Source of the DNA: Eledone cirrhosa | Lineage: Eukaryota | Direction: 5' to 3' | Assembly (NCBI GenBank): GCA_964016885.1 | Contig: OZ024741.1 | Coordinates: forward strand, 308,388,001 to 308,452,000 | Length of the DNA stretch: 64,000 nucleotides | Shown here: piece by piece, positions 44,425 to 58,323 of the stretch | How the letters are laid out: the number at the start of each line of letters is the position of its first letter | Numbering within the stretch: the first letter of the stretch is position 1 | Notes under the pieces: model-generated | What the model was told of the DNA's origin: nothing | The model's database searches: none | The model's input: the letters and a program-made list of their open reading frames with translations, nothing else | Made by a program: the position numbers and the translations under genes

Positions 44425-45303
44425 TTGCATTTATCTTGCTTTATGTTTATACGAGTTATCACCAAGTCACAACCAGTGACCTCAAGAGACAACAAGGTCC
44501 GCCATGTTCAAGAAAGAACATACATACACACACATGCATCTTTAGGTGTTTAGACTTGTGATGTACTTATATTGACAGAATCTTCCTTAGTATATGGGCA
44601 GTCCCCATTAGTACTATCTTTTGTATTTCTCCTATACGCGGGTTTCCTGGGATTTGCGATAAGTAATCATTAGACCTCTTAGGTATCATTCCTAGAGCGC
44701 CTACAACCACTGGTATTGTTTTAGTTCTCAATTTCTACATTTTTCCAATTTCTATCTCCAGGTCCTTATACTTGCTCAATATTTCAAATGTTTTTATAGA
44801 TACATTCTTGTCTATTGGAACGGACATATCAATTAGCAGGCATACCCTCTTTTTAAAGTCCTTCAGTATTATATCAGGTCTATTTGCATCTATTTTTCGG
44901 TCTGTTTGGATGCTAAAGTTCCACAAGATTGAGATGTGATCTTTTTCAAGTATGGGAGGTGGTTGGTGCTCCCACCAATTCTTTTGATGGGGCAGGTCAA
45001 AATGCTTACACATTATCCAATGTATGTATTGTGCAGCTCTTTCATGCCTGTTTAGGTATTCGGTTGGAGCTATAGGACTGCACATTGAAATTATATGATC
45101 AATGGTCTCTAGTTGTTTTTTACATACACGGCATAATGGGTTGCATCCATTTTTTATTATGTTGGCTTCGTAATTTTTTGTTGGCAGACACTGATCTTGT
45201 GCTGATATAATCAGTCCTTCAGTCTCCGATTTCAGTCCAGAGGATGCCAACCACTGATTGGTTAAAGTTTTGTCAACATCAGGATCGTTAGCTCTTTCTG
45301 GCC
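44425..45303 (-). mobile_element. 5'-truncated Dong/R4 LINE (zinc knuckle, RLE, 3' UTR)
   Basis: Highly similar to 45721-46598; CRVC..ETIDHIISMC, NRPDII, LIDMSVP; premature stop at 44735. Confidence 0.92.
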
Positions 45304-45387
45304 TTTTCCATACGATCTGAGTTCAAATCCCGCCGATTTGCCTTTCATCCTTACGGGGTTGATAAAATAAAGTACCTGTAATGCATT

Positions 45388-45720
45388 TTGTTGAAAGATG
45401 GGTGAGAGAAGCAAGTATGGCCCGAATGAATGGGCCTTCTCTGAGTATGTGTCTGTAAATTAAAGGTGGAAAACTGGGAGAGGGCACTTGCCCTGGTGGT
45501 CAGGGCCACTGTGGTCTTTTAATGGGCTTTCTCCACAAATGTCCCTCGGAAGTCTCCCCCCTATTGGGGAATTTTTCTTTGTTATTTTATTTCAACCTCC
45601 GTTTTTTTTACACGCAGAAATGCCCATTTGTACCGTCCTGTATTGTCCTGTACTGTCCTTAATGTCTACTTTATGTAAACCCTTGTGGTTAATAAAGAAA
45701 ACATTATTATTATTATTATT
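45388..45720 (+). mobile_element. Tx1-type LINE 3' fragment with (ATT)n tail
   Basis: Encodes FVERWVREASMARMNGPSLSMCL (cf. FYERWVKVARMARVNGPSLYI in copies A/B); ends cccttgtggttaataaagaaaacat(tat)n. Confidence 0.85.
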
Positions 45721-48700
45721 TGCATTTATCTTGCTTTATGTTTATACGAGTTATCACCAAGTCACAACCAGTGACCTCAAGAGACAACAAGGTCCGCCAT
45801 GTTCAAGAAAGAACATACAATCACACACATGCATCTTTAGGTGTTTAGACTTGTGATGTACTTATATTGACAGGATCTTCCTTAGTATATGGGCAGTTCC
45901 CATTAGTACTATCTTTTGTATTTCTCCTATACGCGGGTTTCCTGGGATTTGCGATAAGTAGTCGTTAGACCCCTTAGGTATCATTCCCAGAGCGCCTACA
46001 ACCACTGGTATTGTTTTAGTTCTCAATTTCCACAGTTTTCCAATTTCTATCTCCAGGTCCTTATACTTGCTCAATTTTTCAAATGTTTTTATAGATACAT
46101 TCTTGTCTATTGGAACAGACATATCAATTAGCAGGCATACCCTCCTTTGAAAGTCCTTCAATATTATATCAGGTCTATTTGCATCTATTTTTCGGTCTGT
46201 TTGGATGCTAAAGTTCCACAAGATTGAGATGTGATCTTTTTCAAGTATGGGAGGTGGTTGATGTTCCCACCAATTCTTTTGATGGGGCAGGTCAAAATGC
46301 TTACACATTATCCAATGTATGTATTGTGCAGCTCTGTCATGCCTGTTTAGGTATTCGGTTGGAGCTATAGGACTGCACATTGAAATTATATGGTCAATGG
46401 TCTCTGGTTGTTTTTTGCATACACGGCATAATGGGCTGCACCCATTTTTTATTATGTTGGCTTGGTAATTTTTTGTTGGCAGACACTGATCTTGTGCGGA
46501 TATAATCAGTCCTTCAGTCTCCGATTTCAGTCCAGAGGATGCCAACCACTGATGGGTTAAAGTTTTGTCAACATCAGGATTGTTAGCTCGCTCTGGGTAT
46601 TTTCCATACAGAGGCTTTTCTTGCCATTTCTTAGCTAGTTTCTGTAGCAGTTCTTTCTTTGCAGTTACTTTTACCTGCTTTGCTTTTTCTGTGTTTTCCA
46701 TATCAGCAGTAAATGGGACTTCTGAAATTTGTAGTCCATTACTGTATCTTTGTGCATCTTTTGTAATGGAATATGATCTTTTGGTGCTTTCGTGTTTCAA
46801 AACGAGTTTGATCATCCAATCATGTGATTCCCTTAGATATGTGGATAATCCAATTGTTGCAGTTTTCAACGCAATGTCTAACTGGATTAACCCACGTCCT
46901 CCTTCTTTCCCAGGGAGATATATTCTATCTATGTCTGCCTTAGGGTGATGCATTCTGTGCATGGTTAAGAATTTTCGGATTTTTGTATCGAGCCTACGGA
47001 TCTCTGTGCTTGACCAGTTGATGACATTGTAACTGTAGGTTACTACTGGTATGGCAAGCGTGTTTATGGCATCGATCCTATTCCTTGCATTCAATTCTGT
47101 TCTTAAGATTGCTCTGACTCTGCGGTAACATTCCTTCCTTATCCTTTCCCTCATTGTCGAGTGCTTGATTCCGTCTCCTTCACAAACACCTAGATATTTG
47201 TAAGTTTGTTCTTGATCAAGCTCTCTTATCACGTTCCCCCGATCAAGATTAATGTCTGAACTCTTCAGCAGCTTTCCTCTGGTGAACGTTGCTTTGGCGC
47301 ATTTATCCAGTCCAAACTCCATTTTAATGTCATCACTGAACTGCTTCACAGTGGATAATAGCCCTTGCAATTGTTCATCATTTTTTGCAAATAGTTTCAG
47401 GTCATCCATGTAGAACAGGTGATTAATGGTTTTGTCATAGACTCTATATCCATGTTTTGTTTCATTGAGCATTTTACGTAATGGTATAAGTGCGATGCAG
47501 AATAAAAGCGGTGATAAAGAGTCACCCTGAAAAATTCCACAATTAATGTTAACTTCTCCAGCTTCCAGTGATTTTGTTTCACTATTCAAAAGGAGTGTCG
47601 TTCTCCATGTCCTCATACTGAATGACAGGAACCTCCTGACAACGGGGGATATTTTGAAAATCTCTAAACATTTTTCAATCCAACTGTGTGGCAAACTATC
47701 AAATGCTTTTTTATAATCTATCCAAGCAATCGATAGATTTTTGTGTCTATTATGACAATCTTCCAGTATCATTTTGTTAACCAGAAGCTGATCCTTACAG
47801 CCATATGAGCCTCGTTTACACCCTTTCTGCTCAATGGGAAATAGGTCATTTGTTATCAGGTGGTCATATGTGTATTCAGTTAGGACTGATGTTAAAATGT
47901 TATACATTGTGGTCAAGCAGGTTATCGGTCTGTAATTTTTGGGATTGTTTGTCTCATCATTCTTCGGTAGCAGGAATGTAATGCCGTTAACTAGCCATGA
48001 TGGTATCTTTTCTGGCTCCTTAACTATTTCATTGTAAAGTTGGGCTAACAGCTCATGAGACTCTGTGAAGGCATTTATCCAAAAGTTTTGTATTTTGTCT
48101 TTTCCTGGGGATTTCCATTTGCTGGTTTTTCTTAGAGCCAAGCGCAGCTGTTCAACTGTTATATTTTCTCATGTTTGTTCAAGGTGAGCTGTTTCTTTCA
48201 TTTGTCTGTCTATCCATGGGGCATGTATGTTATGAACTTTTTCTTCGGCCCAGATCTTTTCCCAGAATTCTTGCACTTCCTCCTTGGGTGGTATTGATTT
48301 AGCAGTTATTGTTGACTTACCAATTTTTCTGTAGAAGTTTCTTTGGTTGTTTTTGAACATATTATTGTCCGTATAGAATCTAGATCGTTTTTCAAAGCGC
48401 CTTATACGAGCAGCTTTGGCCGACACTTTTTGCTTGATTGTTTCTATCAGCATGTCTATGTCACATGTTGATCTTATACTGTACTTTTTTTTCAATTTTC
48501 TAAGTTTAGTTTGTTTAACATGTTCACCTACTTTATAGTTTGTTAAAATTTCTATGTCAGATCGGAGAAGGTTTATTTGGCGATTGATGTTATCTTGCCA
48601 AGTAGATTTCTTGTGGGAATTCCTTTGTTTTTTCATCTTCACTCCACATAAGTGAGTGGTGACTTTAGCCGATGCATAATAGAGATGATTTAAGTCAGTA

Positions 48701-49425
48701 ATGTTTAGTTTGTTTGTGATGATAATGTTTTTGAGAATTATGTTAGTCTTGTGTATTATCTTTTGGTTCTGTTTGGAGTTCTGGATCTTAGGGAGGGTGT
48801 CTCGTTCCCCCATGTCAGATTCTTTCATTTTCATCCATTCGATCATAATTTCATCCTTCAAGTTGGCAAGTTCATTCTCATTCATTTCTTTATCATTTAC
48901 GATCTCATTATTCTGGGATTCGAAGTGTTACAGTTTACCTCGTTTTCACTGACACATGCTTCATTTTCCCTTCGCTGACTTTGTGCTACTAGCTTGATCT
49001 GATCAATTTCTATATCAGTTAGTAACTTTTTTCTTACAATATTTCTTCGTATATTGGCTAGTTTGTTACTATCAATATAGCCTCTGTTTTCGGGATGTTT
49101 CTTTTTCCAGTTGATATATGTTTGTTCTGTATTCGATGTATTTGATGGGTAGTACATGGCAGTGTAGAAAGCCTCAAGGACTTATTATCTTATTATCTTC
49201 CCTTGACCATTTTTCTCTCTTTTTCTTTGGATTTCTTGGTGGTGAGCATGGAGGGCCAACAGTAGGAGTATTCCGGTTATGGGAGGTCTCCAGCTCCGAA
49301 GTGATGGGAAGGTTTGAACCATTAGCTGATTTTTCGACCCCAGTCTGGTTCCTCTCTGAGGGACGCGGCCCTTTTTTACCCGGGTGACGACCGATCCGGT
49401 ATAAGATTTCATCATTAGACATCTA
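45721..49425 (-). mobile_element. Near full-length Dong/R4-clade LINE (single RT-RLE ORF), (TAA)n tail
   Basis: ~3.7 kb; N-terminus MSNDEILYRIG..KWSREDNK; 140-nt 3' UTR ending in (TAA)n. Confidence 0.93.
45862..49422 (-). pseudogene. R4/Dong RT, CCHC and restriction-like endonuclease polyprotein
   Basis: WKSPGKD, NYRPITCL, EQKGC, AWIDYKKAFDS, GIFQGDSLSP, HLFYMDDLKL, GGRGL, CRVC..H..C, RHD, RPD, D..P, K..KY. In-frame TGA at 48169 and frameshifts near 48900 and 49170. Confidence 0.93.
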
Positions 49426-49430
49426 CTTTA

Positions 49431-49538
49431 TTCATCGTACCGTCCTGTACCGTCCTGAGCCGTCTGTAATGTTTTTCTTGGTGTCAGCCCTTGTGGCCAA
49501 TAAAGAAATCATTATTATTATTATTATTATTATTATTA
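49431..49538 (+). mobile_element. Very short Tx1-type 3' end with (ATT)n tail
   Basis: gtaccgtcctgtaccgtcc...cccttgtggccaataaagaaatcat(tat)n, homologous to 45625-45720. Confidence 0.75.
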
Positions 49539-50046
49539 CGGGGTCGATAAAATAAATTACCAGTAATGCACTGGGTAATTGCTGGCCTTGTGCCTAAAGT
49601 AGAAACAATTATTATTATTAATATTATTATTATTATTATTATTTTTGTTGTTGTTGTTGCTGTTGTTGTTGTTGTTGTTGTTATTATTATTATATTACAT
49701 TCAAAGTAAAGGATGTCATAAATGATACAAAATCAAACATATTTTAATAAGATACTCAACGAATTATGTAACCTTACATTCAGTACAGATTGTCTCTAGT
49801 TTTGAAGCTTTGATATATCTTAATGCACGCTTAAGTGTGTATGAATATATTTCAATAACTTTCTTATAATTATTTCTACTTTTGGCACAAGGCCGACAAT
49901 TATCCCAGTGCATTACTGGTACTTTATTTTATCGACCTCGTAAGGATGAGAGGCAAAGTTAACCTCGGCGGTATTTGAACTCAGACCATAAAGGGCCGTA
50001 ACTCTTTGCTGCAAAGCATGGCGTCCGACCCTCTACCGATACTGCA
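49538..50046. mobile_element. Two SINE family A copies (49538-49620 +, 49868-50046 -)
   Basis: Match the recurrent unit. Confidence 0.82.
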
Positions 50047-50108
50047 ATGATATATGTATATATATATATATATATACGTGCATGTGTGCGTGTCAGCGTG
50101 TTTGTGGG

Positions 50109-50189
<81 letters not shown>

Positions 50190-50242
50190 ATATCTATATC
50201 AATAATATTAATAAATGGAAACTATCTTTATAAAACCATATT

Positions 50243-50302
50243 TATTTTATTATATGTATTTCAAGGGTACCAAGATTTTGTACGCTCTCATCAGATAAAA
50301 TA
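50243..50302 (-). ncRNA. Type I hammerhead ribozyme (same family as 43824), inside a short inverted repeat
   Basis: uauuuuau CUGAUGA gagcguac-loop-guacccuu GAAA uacaua UA auaaaaua (8-bp stem I); 50201-50236 is inverted at 50350-50385. Confidence 0.85.
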
Positions 50303-50474
50303 CAAAAGTTGTTTTACAGATAGTGACATATTCAAAACAAAAACCTAGCGTTTTATAAAGATAGTTTCCATTTATTAATATTATTAATATTATACTCCAG
50401 AAGAATCCATAGAGTGTTTCTAATCTGTTATAAACTAAATTTGTTGAATAACCAACAAATTAAGTAACTCATTG

Positions 50475-50673
<199 letters not shown>

Positions 50674-51107
50674 GAGAGAGAGAGGGAGAGAGAGAGAGAG
50701 AGAGAGATATACAAAAACACAGCCACCGTATCTGCTATTAACTAAATATGTGCACTCTAAACAGCTGAATGCAACTGTAAACTGCAATTCGGTAGATTCA
50801 TTGAGTGTGCTAGACGTTGGCCGGAGAAAGTTGACTTAATACCAGCGATCTTCGTTACCTTTATAATTGAACCAATGAACGGGCGCAAAATAACACGATG
50901 CGAATATGTGCTGTAGATAGCTAGTAGGTGAAGATTTGAACACACAGAATCGGAGACAAACTCATATACTAAGCATATATAACAACCTTTCGATTACAGA
51001 GTCAGCTTCGATCTGTTATAGGTCTTCCCTCGAGCTGATCGATAGTGAAACATATGTAATATGTTATTAAATATCTTATGATGCAACACTTATCCTGATA
51101 GTATATA

Positions 51108-51172
<65 letters not shown>

Positions 51173-51184
51173 AATATATATAGT

Positions 51185-51379
51185 AATAATAATTGTTTCT
51201 ACTTTTTGGCACAAGGCCAGCAATTACCCAGCGCATTACTGGTACTCTATTTTATCGACCCCGTAATGATGAAAGGCAAAGTTAACCTCGGCCGGATTTG
51301 AACTCAGAATGGCAAGGGCCGTAACTCTATGCGTCAAAGCATGGCGTCCGACCCTCTACCGATACTGCCAATCCACCGC
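51185..51379 (-). mobile_element. SINE family A, short form
   Basis: Near-complete unit. Confidence 0.88.
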
Positions 51380-51520
51380 AATAATAAATGTGAAGACTAA
51401 AGTTCAAAGAGGGCTCGATAAGGATAAATATATATCAAATATATAAGAACCCTAGTTTCAGATGATCCCGTTAAGGGTGAAAGCAGCGATTCTTTGCTTA
51501 AACTTTAATCTGTTATTTTA

Positions 51521-51593
<73 letters not shown>

Positions 51594-51622
51594 TAGATAG
51601 ATAGATATATATATATACATAT

Positions 51623-52246
51623 ATGGAAAAAATTAAATTTCATTTCTCACTCTTAGTACGGCTGATACTTAAATATAAGTATGTATACGTACATACATAT
51701 ATGTATACAGACGTACAGTAGTATGTATATACATACATACATGCACACGTATATATATATATATGTACGTATGGGTTTACCAAACATTTATTATAATGTT
51801 CGGTTTGTTTGTAAACAAACAGCCCGAATTAAGCCGTACAGTGTTCGGCAACCATCGTTGCCCTTTTGTTCAACACTGACAAAGGAACGATGAACTAGTT
51901 TCTAGCTTATTACCTGTCATCAGCACCGTATACCTGTCAGTCGATTGAACGTTTGAAAGTATATACTTTCCTAATGTATATTAACGGCTGAGTAGCCTAA
52001 TTTGCATATCGAGTGAGTTAGTGGGCCGGGCATACCGTAAACGATAAATGGGAAAAATGAAATTTCATTTCTCACTCTTAGTACGGCTGTTTACAAACAA
52101 GCCGAACATTATAATAAATGTTTGGTAAACCCATACGTACATATAAATATGTGTGCATGTATGTATATATATACATACTACTGTACGTCTGTATACATAT
52201 TTGTATGTACGTATATATACACTCGGAGAATATAAAATTCCCGAGT
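51623..52246. repeat. Fold-back unit with hammerhead in the spacer
   Basis: 51680-51822 is inverted at 52085-52220; 42-bp direct repeat at 51623 and 52048; tail hairpin actcgg..ccgagt at 52221-52246. Confidence 0.82.
51888..51928 (-). ncRNA. Minimal hammerhead ribozyme motif
   Basis: cggug CUGAUGA cagguaauaagcua GAAA cuag UU caucg; stem I 5 bp, palindromic ACUAGU, stem II imperfect. Confidence 0.72.
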
Positions 52247-52550
52247 TCAAATCACGAACTGGCGCTATTCAAAATTGTTTCCGGGATGAGAGTGAATGAT
52301 ATCGAAACAATTCTGTCCAGTCCCGTGTGCAAAGATAGAAGTCAGAGGCGGAAAGGTCAATCTACTGTCACTAGAAATAGCAACAGTTAAAACGACCAAA
52401 ATGCTATCTCGACCAGGGGAGATTAATAATAATAAAGTATGTATCCTTACATGCAAAATACATATAGGAACACATGTATTATCCTACCGTATGCCAATGT
52501 GGTTCTATGCCAGAACATATATATATATTTACAGACACACATACACACTG

Positions 52551-52628
<78 letters not shown>

Positions 52629-52916
52629 ACGTACGTACGTACTTACACATACGAGATTATTCTGTGCTACTAAGAGTTTCGCGGAATCCAGCTGTTTAAG
52701 GAATATATAATATTCTCTACTTGGGTTTGAAAACATTTTTTTTTTTTTCATGTTTGGAAACCATAACGTTTCGCGTATATATGGAATTTGCTGGCGAAAT
52801 GGCAAGAGTTCAGCTGCTCGGCCCCGGCTTCCTAAAATATTTACATTCTACTATATCAAGTATCGAGTACTCTATTGATTAATGGTCTTACTCATTTAAA
52901 ACTGGTAAAATTCTGA

Positions 52917-53019
<103 letters not shown>

Positions 53020-53341
53020 AGTAATATCTAGTTACTGTAGGTTCACCAGGGGGAGCACTCGATGCGTAGTTTCCAGTAAGTATAGAGGAGGTGTAGAACA
53101 AAGCAGAGCGTAATAACAGGACGATATGTTATGTCTTCATTAAGTTTATTGAGGCGTGACGCGTGTTCGATTTGTATCGATCTAGCCCAACTCTGGAACC
53201 AAAAGCACGTCGGACCTCTGTTGTGGTAATGACAGAATATATATATATATATATATATATATTGCTACATATATATAGCAATTGCCGCTAACTTACCTTT
53301 CCCCCTCGTCACCCATCTGAACTTTTAACCAATCCTTTAAC

Positions 53342-53901
53342 ACAAAGGTTCTCAACCCATTTGGGCCCCTCGAAATCACGACTAGCCCCCCCCCCCCCCT
53401 ATTTTTCCATTTTTCACTATACTACTGATTTTGATATCAGTAGATTACTGGGCCAAATCAAGTTATGTTAGAATCTTTAAAAAATACCCGTACGAATTAA
53501 ATACAAAAAAGTTTCAGTCCAAAACAAAAGCAAGCTATTTCAAATTATATATTTTTGAAAAAAAAAAAGATTTGATCTCAGTCGAAAAAGCTTTTTTTTT
53601 TTAAATTCTATATTTCACTGTTAGCTGTTGTAATATTTTGAGTGGATAGACAATTCTACAACTCAAACTGTAAAGTCAAAATACAAAAGATGCAAAATTT
53701 GAAGAATTTCTTACCTTTCTCTGAAATCACAAACTCAGGGGAAAATAGTACCTTGCAAAATAAAATACCTCGTAGCAAAATAAAATACTTAGTAGCAACG
53801 AATGGATTGAGAAGCTTGGTGACAGTGAGAAAGCATTATCTGTATCCCTTATACATAGATAGATACACACACACATGAACGCGCACGCACACACACATAC
53901 A

Positions 53902-53978
<77 letters not shown>

Positions 53979-54285
53979 ATACACACACAAAATTGTGTGT
54001 GTGTGTGTGCCTTGGTTTTGGTACAGAAAGAATTTTGACTCCAGTTTTTATTGCAGGGTCAAAGGCCACTGCTCTTTTCAACAACACCATAAATATGTTT
54101 TATATGAGTTAATAACTCTATATTTTATTTGTATATATATATATATATGAAAAGAGAAAGAGGGAGGGACAGAGAGAGTAAGAAATGTGTGTGTGTGTGT
54201 TTGGTACACGTCTATCTATCTATCTATCTATCTCCAACAGGGGTTCAAACATGCGGCCCGTGAACTACTTTTCTGTGGCCCTTAG
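53342..54285 (+). mobile_element. hAT-like DNA transposon end fragments
   Basis: caaaggttctcaacc (53343) and caggggttcaaacatgcggcccg (54238) resemble hAT/Charlie TIR starts; no partner TIR found. Confidence 0.4.
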
Positions 54286-54333
54286 TAGAACCTATATATA
54301 GAAAAAATATATATAAATATATAAGTGTGTGTG

Positions 54334-54442
<109 letters not shown>

Positions 54443-54566
54443 CCTTACACACTTAAATATAAATGCATAGCTATATACATACGTAAGTGTATGTATGTAT
54501 ATATATATGTATGTATGTAGATTTATATATATATATATATATGTATGTATATATGTATGTATGTAG

Positions 54567-54611
<45 letters not shown>

Positions 54612-54720
54612 AATCTACATACATACATATATATGTATGTAGATTTATATATATATATATATGTATGTAAAATAAACTAAAATAAATAAGTCAAATGTTT
54701 AAAATTTGGCTTCGTTTATT

Positions 54721-54775
54721 ACTGCTATATATATTTCGGTGACAGCCATCTTTGGCTGTGATCTCTTCAGGTAGT
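54721..54775 (-). ncRNA. Hammerhead ribozyme (left arm)
   Basis: acuac CUGAAGA gaucacagcc aaagau ggcugucacc GAAA uauaua UA gcagu. Confidence 0.8.
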
Positions 54776-54897
54776 CCGAATTAGTGTGGTAGAGACGAGT
54801 ACATATGTTGTTGAGGTGTTTAACTTTGTCAATACTCTGATATGCCCAGTTCCTGGGTGGGTTGTTATTTCACTGAGGAACTGGAATCATAATTCGG

Positions 54898-54952
54898 ACT
54901 GCCTGAAGAGGTCACAACCAAAGGTAGCTGTCACCGAAATATATATAGCAGT
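54898..54952 (+). ncRNA. Hammerhead ribozyme (right arm)
   Basis: actgc CTGAAGA ggtcacaac..gctgtcacc GAAA tatata TA gcagt; perfect 5-bp stem I. Confidence 0.87.
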
Positions 54953-55119
54953 AATAAACGAAGCCAAATTTTAAATATTTGACTTATTTATTTTAGTTTA
55001 TTTTACATTACTCCGGAGTAACCAAACCAACCTGCGCACTTCGTCGAGTGCTCCAATCTGCATACTGAGGTGTTGGTATACAACCAACATATACTCAAAA
55101 GATATACGTATGTATGTAG

Positions 55120-55169
<50 letters not shown>

Positions 55170-55220
55170 ATGTATGTAGAATTATATATATATATAAAAA
55201 TCTACATACATATATATATG

Positions 55221-55477
<257 letters not shown>

Positions 55478-56198
55478 GGGTGTGTATGATTGTGTATAGA
55501 AGATTATATTAATAAAAGGAATTCCAACTTTGTCTGATTTACTCGTTTTATTTACAATCCTTTAAAATTATAATGGTATTAGAATGAAATAGTATGGTAG
55601 AATATCAAATGTTAAGTGTTAATTGAACAAGTACTTTCATGCTTTCGCAATCTTCAGGTTCATATTCTGTGGTGACAGTCAAGTTTGCAATTTTCAACTG
55701 AAAATTGCAAACTTGAATAGATGAACAGAGAGGCAGTACAAATGATATGGTTTTTAGTTTCATGCATACATGCATATATACATACATACATTTACGTATG
55801 TATATAGCTATGCATTTATACATTTGTATATATACATGCATTTATATTTAAGTGTGTAAGGATGTTGATATGATTTAAGGGTTGTTTTTTTTTGGTAAAG
55901 AGAAAATTCTGGCTCCAGATTTTATTGCCTAGGGAGATTAAATACCACAGCTCTGGCTGAAAGCTGACCATCTCAAGATGGTTTACACTGATACATTGAA
56001 ACTGGTTACATTTTATATATTTTATATACATTATAAAACTCCTTTTTTTAAATAGAATTGTCCCTCTCATTTTTTCAATAATGTCACTTTGACGAATCAA
56101 AGGAGAAAAAAAGAAAAGCCGATCCTTAAATATATTTTCCGTGCTGTTTCCAATTCCGCCTTCATTAACCCCCCCCCCCCCTCTCTCTCTCTCTCTGT

Positions 56199-56250
<52 letters not shown>

Positions 56251-56289
56251 GCACATTATATATATATATTTAGCTATACAAACATACAT

Positions 56290-56363
<74 letters not shown>

Positions 56364-56708
56364 CTACACACGAACACACATATATATATGTGTATGTATG
56401 TGTGGATATGTGTGAGTGAATATGTATAATGATATCACTCATTAAGCCCTATTAGCATAATAAGACACTATTAGATAAATTAACTCTCTTTAATTTTTCT
56501 TCACAGCGTTCATCCAAACATTATTATCTCATTAAGAGAACTGGTCGTACTGGAAGATGGGTTCGTTTGTCTTCTTAAACATAGTTAATATTTATACACA
56601 TATATACACGCATAGATATATAAACACAGGCACACACACACAGGCACACACACGCATATATATATATATATGTATATTTATAATATATATGTATATATAT
56701 ACATACAC

Positions 56709-56741
<33 letters not shown>

Positions 56742-56790
56742 TAATATATATGTATATATATACATACACATATATATATATATGTATATA

Positions 56791-56847
<57 letters not shown>

Positions 56848-57082
56848 TATGTATATATATATGTGTATATATATATATATAATATATATGTATATATGTA
56901 TATATACATATATATATATAAATATATATATATATACGTCAGTGCCATGGTGTATATGTGTATGAGCGCGTGTATGAGTTTATATATACATACACAAACA
57001 CGCACACATATATATACGTTCATACATATACATATTAACACGTACACGTACTTATATATATATATATATAACTGTGTGTGTG

Positions 57083-57114
<32 letters not shown>

Positions 57115-57227
57115 AGCATGAGAGCGTTTATATATAAGTATGTATGGGTATAAATATATGTGCATGTGACGGTTTCTAACTCCCCATAACCTCTCTTGGT
57201 ACGACTTAACTAATTAATCAATCCTTT

Positions 57228-57611
57228 AAATAATTGTTTCTACTTTTTGGTACAAGGCCAGCAATTATCCCAGAGCATTACTGGTACTTTATTTTATCGA
57301 CCCCGTAAGGATGAAAGGCAAAGTTAACCTCGGCGGGATTTGAACTCAGAATGGCAAGGGCCGTAACTCTATGCGTCAAAGCATGGCGTCCGACCCTCTA
57401 CCGATACTGCCAATCCTTTAAATAATTGTTTCTACTTTAGGCACAAGGCCAGCAATTACCCAGTACATTACTGGTACTTTATTTTATCGACCCAGTAAGG
57501 ATGAAAGGCAAAGTTAACCTCGGTGGGATTTGAACTCAGATCGTAAAGGGACGTAACTATGCTGGAAAGCATGGCGTCCGACCCTCTACCGATACTGCCA
57601 ATCCACCGCCC
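57228..57611 (-). mobile_element. Two tandem SINE family A copies
   Basis: 57228-57415 and 57421-57611, each bounded by tcctttaaataat. Confidence 0.9.
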
Positions 57612-57809
57612 TTCCTTTAAATAATATCGAGAAATGTCAAAAGGTGGCCCACCTACATTCCTCCTTCAGATTTCAATAGAGAAATCATGTTCATAGGCGC
57701 ATGCTTGGCTGGATGTTTTTCCACTACAGCCTCGCATTGACCCTTGCCTTCTGAGTGATATTTTGTTGACGTAAATGTCACATATATATAAACACAACAC
57801 ACACATACT

Positions 57810-57866
<57 letters not shown>

Positions 57867-57875
57867 TTATTTATT

Positions 57876-57920
<45 letters not shown>

Positions 57921-57926
<6 letters not shown>

Positions 57927-58270
57927 GGTAAACAGAAATAACAACACAATCGGTACAGTATATGGAAGGTATATATTTGGTTAACGCTTGATATAGCAGG
58001 AAGAGGGTCTTAACGTTTCTGACGCTAGTCTTTCATCAGAAGAAAGAATGAGAAATAAAATAGATTGAGGGGACAGGCGGGATGAAATTGGAAAAAAATG
58101 TCTTTAGATAAAAATAATAGGTCCATTCATGTTGACATCTCTTGCAAAACTGTTGGTGCTGGCGTTTTGTGTATGATTTGTTTTTTAGAAAAGTGGATGA
58201 TGGAGCGCGTCAACCTGAAATGGAAAAAAACCGTTTTGTAAAAAGAGCTATACATGAGCACGTGCGTAAG

Positions 58271-58323
<53 letters not shown>

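Larger units (their letters stand above)
54666..55060. repeat. Fold-back element with a hammerhead on each arm
   Basis: 54666-54783 is the reverse complement of 54890-55008; tail gtcgagtgctc at 55043-55053. Confidence 0.92.
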
